Source: Hamiltosporidium tvaerminnensis FI-OER-3-3 (taxonomy: Eukaryota; Fungi; Microsporidia). Taken from it: DNA of 64,000 nt. Shown here piece after piece: positions 1 through 12,049 of the stretch. The notes below the pieces were generated by a model. The model was not told where the DNA came from, did no database searches, and saw only the letters and a list, made by a program, of their open reading frames with translations. The stretch is from contig JAKIMF020000011.1 in NCBI GenBank assembly GCA_022605425.2, positions 124,001 to 188,000 of the forward strand, read 5' to 3'. The first letter of the stretch is position 1. Each line of letters opens with the position of its first letter. A program made the position numbers and the translations under genes.

Positions 1-871
1 AAGGCCTTTTATTCTGGAAATCCGAATTATTATACTGCAATATAAGGGTTTGTTTTTTTTGCATAGAAATAAAAAATTTTTCACATCTAATATGTAAATA
101 GAATAGATGACCATTCGAATTTTGCATTTTGAAAACCTACAAATATTATTCAGCATATATGTTGAATTCTTACATAAAATTAGTATTTTTTAAAAACATG
201 TATTGGTTTTGGTAGTACTTTAAAACGTAAAAAATCTAATATACGCTAGAAAAGTTTAAGAATAATACTAAAAATCTTAAAATATTCTTTTTTTTTTTTT
301 TGCAAGCATGTTTTACTGTTGATTTATTAATATATAATTATGAAGGTTAAAGACTCTTTAAATATCATTATCTGATAATATTATAAAATTATTTTATTAC
401 AAAAATTCGGAATATCACTTTTTTTTTCTTTTGATTTGAATTAAATTTTAAAAAAAAATTATATTCTCTTGATAGTAGACCTTATCCGAGTTTAAACTGT
501 GATTTGAATAACCTTATAAAGTTGGTTATGTGGAATATACATCTTAGCTATGGATCAAAAAACAAGGAGTTGATACCGAAGGCTTCTTCTAAATTCTTAT
601 CAATACACTGCTATTAACTAAAATAATTAAAAATTTCCATTATAAGGATCATCTCCTCTTTAGACTATAATTTTCCAAGGTTAAAAAATATTTTTGTTTC
701 TTTTATATTACAGCTTCAAAGACCCACATCTGTTTTTCTGCTTTTATAACCTCAATGTTGTAATAAAATTCAGGAAAACTTAGTAATATCATACTATTGT
801 CCTTCTAAGTTTCCTTTTCTTAAATTAGATCATTAATTATAAATTTAATTTAAAAATCCTACTTTCCAATT

Positions 872-1027
872 TATGTAGGATTTAGCAAGACCTTAAGTTT
901 ATAAACAAATTTCATGAGAATTTAAGTTTCGCCAAAACTATATGATTTTTTTTATTTTAAATTTGATTAAAAAAAAAAATATCAGAAAATTTGTTCATTA
1001 ACTTAAGATCTTGCTAAATTCTACATA
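872..1027. mobile_element. MITE-like element (~41-bp terminal inverted repeats, TA at both ends)
   Basis: 872-912 (TATGTAGGATTTAGCAAGACCTTAAGTTTATAAACAAATTT) matches the reverse complement of 987-1027 at 37/41 positions. The interior is short and non-coding. Confidence 0.6.
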
Positions 1028-1444
1028 CAGAAAAATGATGAAGGTTAAAAAAATATTCTAAACTATTTTGCTAATTGAAATTGCAATAAAGCATTCGATT
1101 TTTGTATGTATCTCCATTTTATCATTCAATAAAAAGTGTTTTATGATGTAAGAATATTTGTAAACTGCAAAAAATCTCAGCCTTTAAAAAAAGAGAATCG
1201 TTTACTCTATTTGATCCTGCTATCATTCTGAATCACATACTATTTTGTATCCTTTTATTTTTTTCAAATATAAAAATAATTTTATTCGGAAAAAATGATT
1301 TGAATATATTTTTCATAAAGAGGGATACTTTTTAAAAAATATTAAGTGCAAATTTATTTAAAAAGAGAGGTGGATTAGTTTGATTGAATTTAAAAGTAAC
1401 TGGAGTATGTTAAAATTGATTTTTTTTCTAATTGCTAAGGCCAT

Positions 1445-2160
1445 GGTGGAGAGAGGATAACCACATTAAGACCGTGTTACTTGTAAATTATTTGATGAAA
1501 GGTATGTATCAACTAAGTGTTTTGCTTTTTTGTACAAATTACACCAATCTTTATTTTTTGGGTTCCATGGCTGTTCTAATTCCAAGAAAAGGTTCATAAA
1601 TTTTCAATGCTTTTTTTGTGTACTTTTTTAGGTTGTTATGTGACTAGATTTTAGACTGCAAATTAACTTAAGGTAAGTGTGATCTAAAAGAATAAAACAT
1701 AGTCTCAAACACCAGGTTATAAGAATTAGCGTAAAGAGATAGAAATAAATAATTTTGAAACTGTGGAGCGATGTAACATGTTATACTTTTGTTATGATAT
1801 TGCATTGTCTAAGTAGGTCTGTGTTAGTCATCAAAATATATCTTAGCGAGCATTTATTGGCTTCGGATTGGATAGAGTAAGTGAAAATCCTGCATAATCT
1901 CGAAAGGTTAAGTTCGAGCTATGTTCTACCTACAATCAAAACTTAGTAAAAGATATGGGCAAACGCTACCCAAACATTTTCCCTATTAAATAGATCATAT
2001 ATACCTTATAAATGAAAGCCTTGGAAAGGGTATCGTAAGTGGTACAGATAGTGTGGTGGGGATGCTGTCACATATGTTAAACTCAGAACTGCGTGAATGT
2101 CATCAAAAAAATTTATACTAGTGACTGTGTAAAAAAGAGGTAATGGTTTTAAATCATTCT
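1445..2160 (+). mobile_element. Diverged copy of the 730-bp SINE-like element
   Basis: Starts GGTGGAGAGAGGATAACCAC, like the minus-strand start of 19668-20397 (GGTGGAGGGAGGATAACCAC). Colinear internal matches include AAATATATCTTAGC, ATTGCATTGTCTA and AGAACTGCGTGAATGTCAT. Ends near TTTTAAATCATTCT. Confidence 0.75.
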
Positions 2161-5100
2161 ATGTGTTAGTTTATACAGAAATATATTTTTTTCCAAAACC
2201 GAGATAGTCTGTTATTATAAATTTGTAATATTGTTTTGTTATTTTCATTTACCGCTTATTTTTGTTTAAGTTATCTTTTCTTTTATATCTTGTTGTTCAT
2301 TGTTAAAAAAATTATTCTGATTTTGAAAGGTATGTATGGTACCATTTATCGAGCTATTAATTATTTAATGAAATAAATCTTATTAAACTGCACTGTTTTT
2401 TTTTAATTTCAATATCCAAAGTTTCTTTTATTTTACACTGCAATTTATAATTCACCTAGCATAACATATTATTCTTTTTAAACTATACGGTTTTTATTTA
2501 TACTAAATACTTTTCTTGCTTATAATTTGTATTCCATTTTATTTATCTACTGAGTTTCAGAAGAGGGCAATTTAAGGCGTGTGAAATGTGTGATATTAAT
2601 AACGCCAACAAATATTGCTTGGTTGTTCGATTCAATTCATTACACAATAATTTTTTTAAAAATTCAAAATTTAGATGTTTTATTAAAAAATATTATTTGG
2701 AATACTACGTACTTTCGCTACATAGATATGCATGGGATATAAACTTTAGTAAGTTTTTTATTCATTTTTTTGATAACTTTGTCACTTCTTCTGTATTAAG
2801 TCATACATTTTGTTCTAAATTAAATTTATAACATATTAAAAACTTGATTTGTATTTTTATTACATACTTAAAATATTGTACTTGTTGTTATCATATATTT
2901 TTTAAGTTTAACTATATTATGTTGGCTTTTAATTAAAGAAAAATATATTTTAATGGTTAAATCGTTGTTTTACATCATTAGTGGTAGATTTTAGTATCTT
3001 TTTTTGTCACGTAAGTTTATATTGTATAAAATCTGTATAGTCTTTTCTGTAATATAAACTAGTATATATTTCATATTTTATGTTCTATATGAAATTAGTA
3101 TTGTTTATAGCTGTTAAGATAAAATATTTCTTTTTTACAAAAAAAATTGTACCGTTTCAAATTTTATTTACAATTATCGAACTTTTATTCTTTTACGTGG
3201 AAAATTTTAGTTAGGTATTTATTTTATTAATGTTTTTTTAGTTTTGAATTTTCACTTATATAGAGTCGGTTAAGATAAAATTTATTTATATTCTATTTTT
3301 AATTGTTTTTTCATATTTCATGTTTTTTATTCTAATTTTCTGTTTTAAATTGTTCCTATATTTTTTATATATTTCTTTTGTTATTCCCTTACCGAGTTAT
3401 AATGGTTGCTCATGCAGCAGTTTTTCTAATTATAAAACAATTCTGGCTACTTTATTCTTGTCTTGTTTTAGTAAAGTAATACTTATTTCAAAATAAATTA
3501 TGATTTTACTATACTTTGATGTAATTTATTAATTTTATGTAATTTAATATTAATTTACCATTAAATTCTGTGATTCATATCAATATGTTATATTCGAAGG
3601 TATACGTTAGTATTTTCTTCTCTTGTATGATTTTAAGGTGTTAAGTCTAATAAGCTTATAAAATTTACCATAATTGGAATTTTTTGAGTGTAAGGTATTG
3701 ATTGCTTTTTTATGGTCATTTAGAACATTTTAACTAATAAAACCTTAACTGAATATCTTTAAATAATATTTTTTAATCTTAGTCATAATACGTTGTGTTT
3801 GAACTAAATATGGCCGTATTAAATTTGGTAAAATTGTTTCCAAAAGCTATTAATACATTGATTGAAACTTTGATCATATAGGGTATTCATACATAGCTTT
3901 GGATTTCCATATAACCTCATATTAGTTACCTTTCCTAAAATTGAGCAAACCGCTTTGTATTATATATGTATTGCTTTTTGGTTTAAAAAGAATATAGAGC
4001 TAAGTAAAAGAAAGATATCGTGCGAAAAGATATTTACATTGCATGTATAATAATTTCAAGAAAATTTATTAAAAATTTAATACTATGTAATTTGTTGAAA
4101 TAAAATGCTATTATTTAGATCTATACAGACATTAAGTTATTTTTACTAAATCATATAATTCTATTAGAGAATTTTGATATTTGATTCATCTCAATATATT
4201 CATATAAGAATTTCGTTTTAAACTATTAACTCATATTCGACCAATTTAGAACATAAATTTTTATATTTGTAAAGATATTACTAAGTTTTCTATTATTTTA
4301 TATTTTTATTTGACTTATCTTGTAGTTTGCTCTAATTATCTAAAATTTAAATTTAAAAAAATTGTATAGTACATTAATATGTCTCGAACTGATAATCTTG
4401 TTCATTTTATACTACCTCAACATTAAAACTACATTTCATTATCTGTTTCTATATTAATTGTTTGCACATTTCAATGTTTTTAATTTATGTACCCAGTTTA
4501 AATACAATTTCTATAACTATTTTATAAAAGGTATGGTTATCTATATTTTCTTAGATTTTTTAGATCTTTGACTTTCTTATGAAGCAATTCAGATTCACAC
4601 GAAAAACAAGTCAAATAAAGAATAATTTAGATAATATTTTAATTTGGTATAAATATAGAATGAATCTTTAATAAATATATTTAACTATAAGCTAAATTAA
4701 TTTAAATCATTTTTAATATTTACTTTGCTAAATAAATATAAAGTTACATACAATTCTTTACATAATTAAGAAATACCTATACTGGTGGGAATTACAAGAT
4801 ATTAATATCACTTTGATATCTAATTATATCTATAGGTGGATATAAAATCAAAAGGATTAAAACTTAGTCTTATAATTAATGGAAACAAGTATTTGTAATT
4901 CAAAAATAAAATTTCTATGATTGTGTTTGTTGGTTAAGAGATTATACTATCAAAATATCGATTTTTCTATTAAAATATAAAATGTAAGACAACTAAATAT
5001 TTAAAATCACCAAAACTATAAATAGTGTTGAGTTTTTTAATGATGTGACATCTTCTACGAGTGAGTTATGAATATCTTGGTATGAAACTTCATACCTATT

Positions 5101-5690
5101 TTATTTTAAAGAATTGAACCTAAATTGAGAGCCATAAAAACATATGCCACGATCAACTGATATAATTACTAGAATATTCAAAGCAGATTTTTATATCTTA
5201 CGGACCTAGGCTGTTTTGGGTTGAAGATTGGGCTTTGTAAGTTTAATTAAATGTATTCTTATTATGATTCAAACGATAGTGTCAAAAAGCCTAAATCTTA
5301 TTTAAAGTCGGAGGTACACGTTAGTGAATGAATTCACTTAGAATATATTGCTAGATAACCTACCAATATCATTAACTTTAATTGCAATTACAATAAGCCA
5401 AAGGCAGAAAGCTTTTTATGGAACGCAATTGCTAATTTTAAAAGAGTCGGTGTGGAGATGTACACATAAAGCAAAAAAGATAAATTAATGTGCTTTGATT
5501 TATAGGTATACTTTTCTAAAAACTAATAACTTTTAATTAATTTTGATAACAACACGTTATTCTTGTCAATTATATTGACCAATTTCTCTTAAACATATAT
5601 AAAAATTTATTTGTCTTTTATGATATATGATTGAAGTGTAGGCTCTAACATATAGTTGTATTATTTTTGAATAAATGTGTTTTTTCTTTT
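2160..5690. repeat. Dispersed repeat family R, copy 1 (unidentified, no intact ORF)
   Basis: Shares the core ...ACCATAATTGGAA...GTGTAAGGTATTG...AAATATGGCCGTATTAAATTT... (~3630-3950) with five other loci. Colinear with 23755-27215 over its whole length. Confidence 0.8.
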
Positions 5691-8266
5691 TTTTAGCGAA
5701 AAGTTTACATATTGATGAAATTACATGTCGGTGGCATAAATGGGACAATACCACCGTATATATATATGGATGATGCACTTTAAATCAATGAGCAGAAAAG
5801 AAGCTAACCTTGGTCCCCTCGGACTAAATGGTAAAGTGCGGAGGCACTAAAACCTTTTATTAAATTTATTGATAGGATTATGTTATGCTAAAGTACTAGC
5901 CTACAAAGCGCTGACGAAATATACCGAGTCATGCGGAATCGGAATGAATTTGATGTGGTTCTTTCGCGTGTGTTAAGTGAATGGAGTTCTGGTATGTCTA
6001 GAAATCTTCAATCTTTTTAAATAAAATTATCTATATCCAAACCCTGCTTGGAATAAATAGAAGCTATAATTAAGTTTGGTGATGATAAATAGGTGTAAAG
6101 ACATTACGAAAATATAATTAATTCGAAAAAAAAAAATGAAGTGTTGCGGTGGTAAAGAATTTCGAATTTAAGAAGTTCGGAACATGAAAAGATAATTAAA
6201 GCTTACTGCTACCTTAGAAAGAGACTTTACAAACTTTCGCTGTTTTACACCAGATATTATTTGTTATATAGCGAAGTGTAGTATATTAATAAAAAATTAT
6301 TCAAGATTTTTCTTTTGGAATTAGAAAAAAAATGTAGAAAGTGAAATAATTTATTAAAGTTTGGCATTTTATTATATTTTTATTCTATTCCATCATATTT
6401 TTATTTCTTAATTTCAGAAATTTTATTTCTCACATTCTCATAAATTATTTCTGAATTTTTTAAATTTTTTCTACTTTTTTTTCTTAATTTTTATTTCTTA
6501 GTTCTTGTAATTTTTAATTTTTTAATTTTGAAATTAATTTCTTTATAAATCTTTTTTCTTTTTAAAAAAAATTCTGATTTAAGTAGTTCAAATGAGACAA
6601 AGTTTAAATCATACAAGTAAAAGTAAAAATTTAAAAATTGAAGAAATAAAGAGTTTATTGAAATATAATTGCTGTTAAAGGATTTTCTTTCTCTATTTTT
6701 TCTTTTATTTTACTATACACATACTAAAGAAATTTAAAAAGGAAATACAATTTAAGAAAAATAGAAAAATTGTATTCCTAATATTCATGGCAAATTATCT
6801 AAGAAAAATATTTCTAAAGTCTTATTAAAATATTAAAACACCTCTTTTTTCTTAAATTGAAAGATTTCAGAAAGTTAAAGAAAGCCTTCTATAAAATACC
6901 ACAACAGAATGGCATTATTTGTTATACATATATCAAAGATTATAGGAGTAGAGAAGTTGAGGTTCTGTTTTATAAATCTACTTTTTTTCTAGGTTCATAT
7001 TTTATTTAGATTCTGTTTTATGTAGATATGTTTTATCACGTTGTTCTTATTGCGTAATTCAGAGGTCTGTTCACTAAAAATAATCTACTTTTCTTGTCTT
7101 AAATAATTCGATCTGTATTTCAATGGGTTTAAAATGATTATTTTATAATATATTTGTAGTAAATCTATTTTTTTACATTTTTGATTTAAAAATATTACGA
7201 TTGATATATGAAACTAATAAAAATTATAAAAAAATGCAAAAATTAAAAAAAAAATAATAACATTTAAATTTTCAAATATTTTAGAAAGAAAAGAAAAGAA
7301 ATTGATATTATAATTCATTTAAAGACATTTATATATAAATATTAAGGCTTGAAATAACTAAAAAAACTATTCTCTGAAATTATTCTAACAAAAAATAAGC
7401 AAAAATTAAAATTTGATGTTTTATGAAGACAAAAAGAGCGGAATGCGGAATTGGTTAACTTAAACCTCTACTTTGGGTTTGCTTTGGGATTAAAAAAGGT
7501 TTTTTAGCGCATTTTTAAATGTATAGTAGAACTTGTATTGAAATATCGTGTGCAGTGTATTGATGCAGAATATTTGGGAATTGTACTTCTTAAGTATTGC
7601 ACGAAGAAATGTTTTGTTAACTAAACTTAGAAATTTCACGAAGTGGGTATTATGGTCTATTCTTTTTTCTTCGTTACTTCATGGGGTTAAAATTTTAGTT
7701 CAACTAATTCTTATTTGTACTTTTATGTTTTTTTCAAAGAAAAAATAAATTGTGAATAGATTTTCTGAAGTAAGTTCAACCTGTACTTTTATTTTTAATT
7801 TCTATTTAGATGTTTTTTTTTATAAACAATATATCAAAGTACGTGAAAACTTATTTTATTCAGATAAAATAAAAGAAAGTTGAATATAAATTTTAAAAAT
7901 TAAAGAATTTGCTGTTAAAAAATGAGCTTTGTATAGAGCACTATTTTCTTTTTTTAAGAAATTTAATAAAAAATAATGTATCAATTATTTTTGTTTTAAT
8001 AGAAATTTGGCTGTAATGTTATTCTAAGACATACTTTAATAATTGCTTCACTATAAAACATGTGCATTGATCATTTTTTAGGTTGGTAGTAATATCACAT
8101 TAAATTTAGGTTCAATAAGATGAAAATATCTAAGTAGGAGTTCTGCTGATGTCACAAATCATAAATAAAAAATTTTACTATAAGCTTTAAATACAATATA
8201 TGTTTAAGGTTCAATGGATATCACGATACAAAAAATTTTAATCTGCGCATGCATGAAATCTTTTTA

Positions 8267-11200
8267 GGTTAGGATTCCTGCCGGTTCTAAGTACTACTAG
8301 GATTTAGCGTCGGTTTCGAATCCAAAAAAGATTTTGCAGGTATATGTACGCTGCAAATTAGTTAATATGGAAAGTTCCGAAGGATCGAAAGCTTTTGACG
8401 AAATAGAAAAACAAAGAATAAAATTTGTGATCTGGAATGGAATCAAAGGTTTTCCTATCCAAAATTAGAAAGGTGATAATTGATGAAACCCAAACTATTA
8501 TGTACATAATAAGCTTCTTTAGAATGAGCAATAAAAGTACGGGAAAAAACCCAAATCATCTTCGATCTTATTGCAACAATTGTAGAAGATTATTTAGCAG
8601 AGAAAAGCGAAAAATATTTGCAAGGTGTTACTTAAGAGAAAAGAAGAGCCAGTAAAAGTAACAGACCCAGAAATCACTAAAAAGACAGTGGGAAAAGCTG
8701 TATAAATAATAAAAGTCCTCAAAATCTATGAGAAGAATTTGGTACGGATATATCCGAAAATAGTTACACGAGGGTGCGATAGCACAAGTTTAATCTAGGA
8801 ATCTTTGTTTCCAATCAATAAATATATTTTTTTATGCTTTACGAGCATTAGAAGGAATAGAAAATTGATATATAGCCTATCTTTGAGATCCATTGATTAA
8901 TAAATTAAAATATGTGATAAATTAAGATTTTCTGAGATAAAAACATTCGAGCCTAATATAAATAATAAATTTAAAAATGATGTATTGATATTTTTTATTA
9001 CTAACCGCGCACCTATTAAGAGAGAGTCCTGGATCAGATAATAGAAGAAACCTTATTTGACTACACTTAAAGGAATAATGGAAAACATTTTTGAACAAAT
9101 TAGAAATTTAAAGTTAAAAAAATTGAAGTAAGATTATATAATTTCAAAGGTAGAACTTGTGAGTTTTTGGAAAACGCTAATATAAGAAGCAGAAATATTA
9201 TCTCGGGTCAAAAAATATTAATAAAATTGCTTTTCAAAATATTGGTCGTATTTCTAATATACAAATTAAAAAAAATTAATTATTAGATGTAAAAAATTTT
9301 GGCACAGATGCATTGGCTGAAAAGTGGCGATATACGTTAGAAAATTAAAATCCAGATTATATGGTAATTATCTGTAAGACATCTAAAAAAAATAATAAAA
9401 CACGGTTTCTAATTCCGAGGAAATGTTGGTGTTATCGGAAAAATCAATTTAATATAGTATAATTAAAGATTTGACTAAATTCGGTGTTTGTATCAAGGTA
9501 CAAAAATATATTCTAATTTTCCTTTACAAGTCACGTTTAAATAATGCATTACATTTACGTAAGGCTAAGATAAGAAAATTTGCTGATATGAAGATATTAA
9601 GCTAAGGGGCTACAATCTGGATAATGCAGTAGCATACGAATAATTTGTTCTCGACAAGCACGTAGAGTTCGGATCGTATGAAATGAAAATATATTCTTTT
9701 ACTTTTTAAGCACTAGAATAATGTTCTACCCTAGCATATGTACTTTTCAAAATTTAAGGTACGACCGGAACTTCATAAAATTAAAATTTTTATCACAAAC
9801 TGATAAATGTGTTTTTGAATAGAGCTAATTTTACATTAAATTCTATGTTTAATATCAATTAATTAAAAGATAAGACGCTAAAAAAACCTTTAAGCAATAA
9901 AATTTAAGTTTTAACTTCTAGAAATGAATTCTGTTGAATAAATTACCGAATAAAGAAAAACTCGAATTATTGCAAGATATTTAAGTTGAAGCTTCGAAGA
10001 GTTTGCAAATAAAAAGACAAGTTTCTCATAAACTGCACAACCTTATCATAGCTAATTTAAAAAGAAATTGAACGAGCTGTGAGAACGATAACTGACTTTA
10101 ATTTTAAAGAAATTTAAGAGTTGATCGAAAAAATGAAAGGAAGATTAGTTATTTAGATAAAGCCAATTCTAATATTAGAATTCAAATCCGGTTAACGATT
10201 TGGTTTAGTAAGGTTTTTCAATGTAGTAAAAAAAGAACGCGTGTGTTGGTAAATAAATACGAAGATTATGGTTCAGTAGTGAGTAACAATAATTCAGTAT
10301 TCTGTTGACACTATATAAAGATAAACTTAAAAAATATAATGACAGTCTTAATTATTATCAAAGCGATAAAGAAGATAGTTTAGTTAGTATAATCTTATGT
10401 TAAATTTGAAAGGGGAAATAAAGCCACTACGGCCAATTAAGTCTGGGTGATTTTAGAGAGAATAAATGCACATTTATAAACATGTTCATAGATATATTTC
10501 TTTCATTTAAATAATTATTTTAATTCTTTTATTTTTTTGCGAGAAGTAACAAAGGCATGAAAACTAAATACGATGACAGCGATAAAAAAGAGAAATAAAT
10601 TATACAGGAATCTCGCACTAATGAAAAAACTTGTAAATTGTTTGAAAAGAGCGTATTTATAAAATTCGAGTTCGTTTTATAAAAGAAAAAAACTGGTTAC
10701 ACACGGAATAACTCAGCTTTTACTAATAGCTCAGATAGAACATATTTTAGAAAGTAGTAGTGATATTTTTCGTAACGATCGATAAGAAATCAGCTTATGA
10801 ATCGGGCTATAGCAACGCTTATATAAGAAGCTCATGTTGTATCAAGATTTTACCGCGAATAATACTCTATTGATTGCGGAATTACTTCAGAATAATTTAT
10901 ATTTATTGATAGAGTATAATCTGAAAACAAAATTTACTACTTTTTGCAAAGAGTTACCGCAAAGACCTGGGATATTCTTAAGTTAGTTCAATATTGTCTT
11001 TGATTATTTGATTTTCTATGTCTCTTCTCATCTGAGGAATAATATATTTAGGTAATTAGAAGATGTTTTGCTTTATTGTAGTAGTTTGGAACGGATTAAG
11101 AAGAATATCAGATGCATTTAAAGCCCTTCATCTAATAATGCATATATTTTGAAAGAAAAGAACTACTCTTATAATTGCTGAAATATGATTAAAATATTTA

Positions 11201-12007
11201 TTAATAATATTAGTGTTGAAAACCAATGCCTTTTCAAGTATCTTAGATATCCCTTTTTTTAAAAGGCGTTGATACGAATTTTACTGTCAGACAACCAAGA
11301 AAAAAGGCTTTAAAAGCTGCAATTGTATTAATAAATATCTTCTGAGAAAAAAGGCGAAAATGACTGCAAAATCTTCTAAACTCGGGTTGAGAGGCTATGT
11401 TGGGTATGTTAGACTTATATTAGATTATCAATTCTTAATTTTATCGGCTCATAACACGTTTTTCCTAGCAACGGAGAGAATTGAGATGTGTCTTGAAGTA
11501 CTGTTTGAGGATATTTTATAATAAACCCAGTATTTTTCCATATGCTCTACTACTATAGAAACAACTTAGAAAGATCAGTGCGTCACAATCTTTCCCTTGG
11601 CTTTAAATTTATATATGAAAAAAAATTAATATTCTTAAGGAATTAATGGAAGATAATACTAAAATTATTGTTAGATTAAAACTACATCTAATATTATTTT
11701 AATAATACTAAAGTGATTCCTAAGAAAATGTTGATGGAATTTAATAAGCTTGATTTCTAGATAACAAAAGAATATTCAAATATATCAACATCGTGCGTTA
11801 TTATGATGTAAAGAGAATTACTAATTGTGGCTTTAAGGCATTCATGGAATATGTAAGAGGACAAAATAGGATGATTTTGACGCTGTGATTCGTTTTCTCA
11901 GAAAGAAAGACTGAAAATTACTATTTTTTATGTTGTTATCATGCTCTACTAACATGGAATGTTTCTAATTTGTTTAATAATACGAAATTTGAGTTTTAAA
12001 TAAAGCT
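8267..12007 (+). mobile_element. Decayed full-length LINE related to the 58-62 kb element (many stops and frameshifts)
   Basis: ORF 8437-8655 contains SNKSTGKNPNHLRSYCNNCRR, versus SNKGTGKNLNDPRTYCNSCKR in ORF1. Colinear remnants of APE (GCATTGGCTGAA at ~9310; FGVCIK...LIFLYKS at ~9480-9535) and RT/thumb (RKKALKAAIV at ~11300; GYV..VR..LDY at ~11395-11430). The 3' TACTAACAT arm and a TTAAATAAAGCT tail lie at 11947-12007. Possible decayed TSD: 8251-8266 vs 12011-12026 (13/16). Confidence 0.9.
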
Positions 12008-12049
12008 AAAGCGTGAAGTATTTTTAATTTTTCTAGTGGTCTAAATGTT

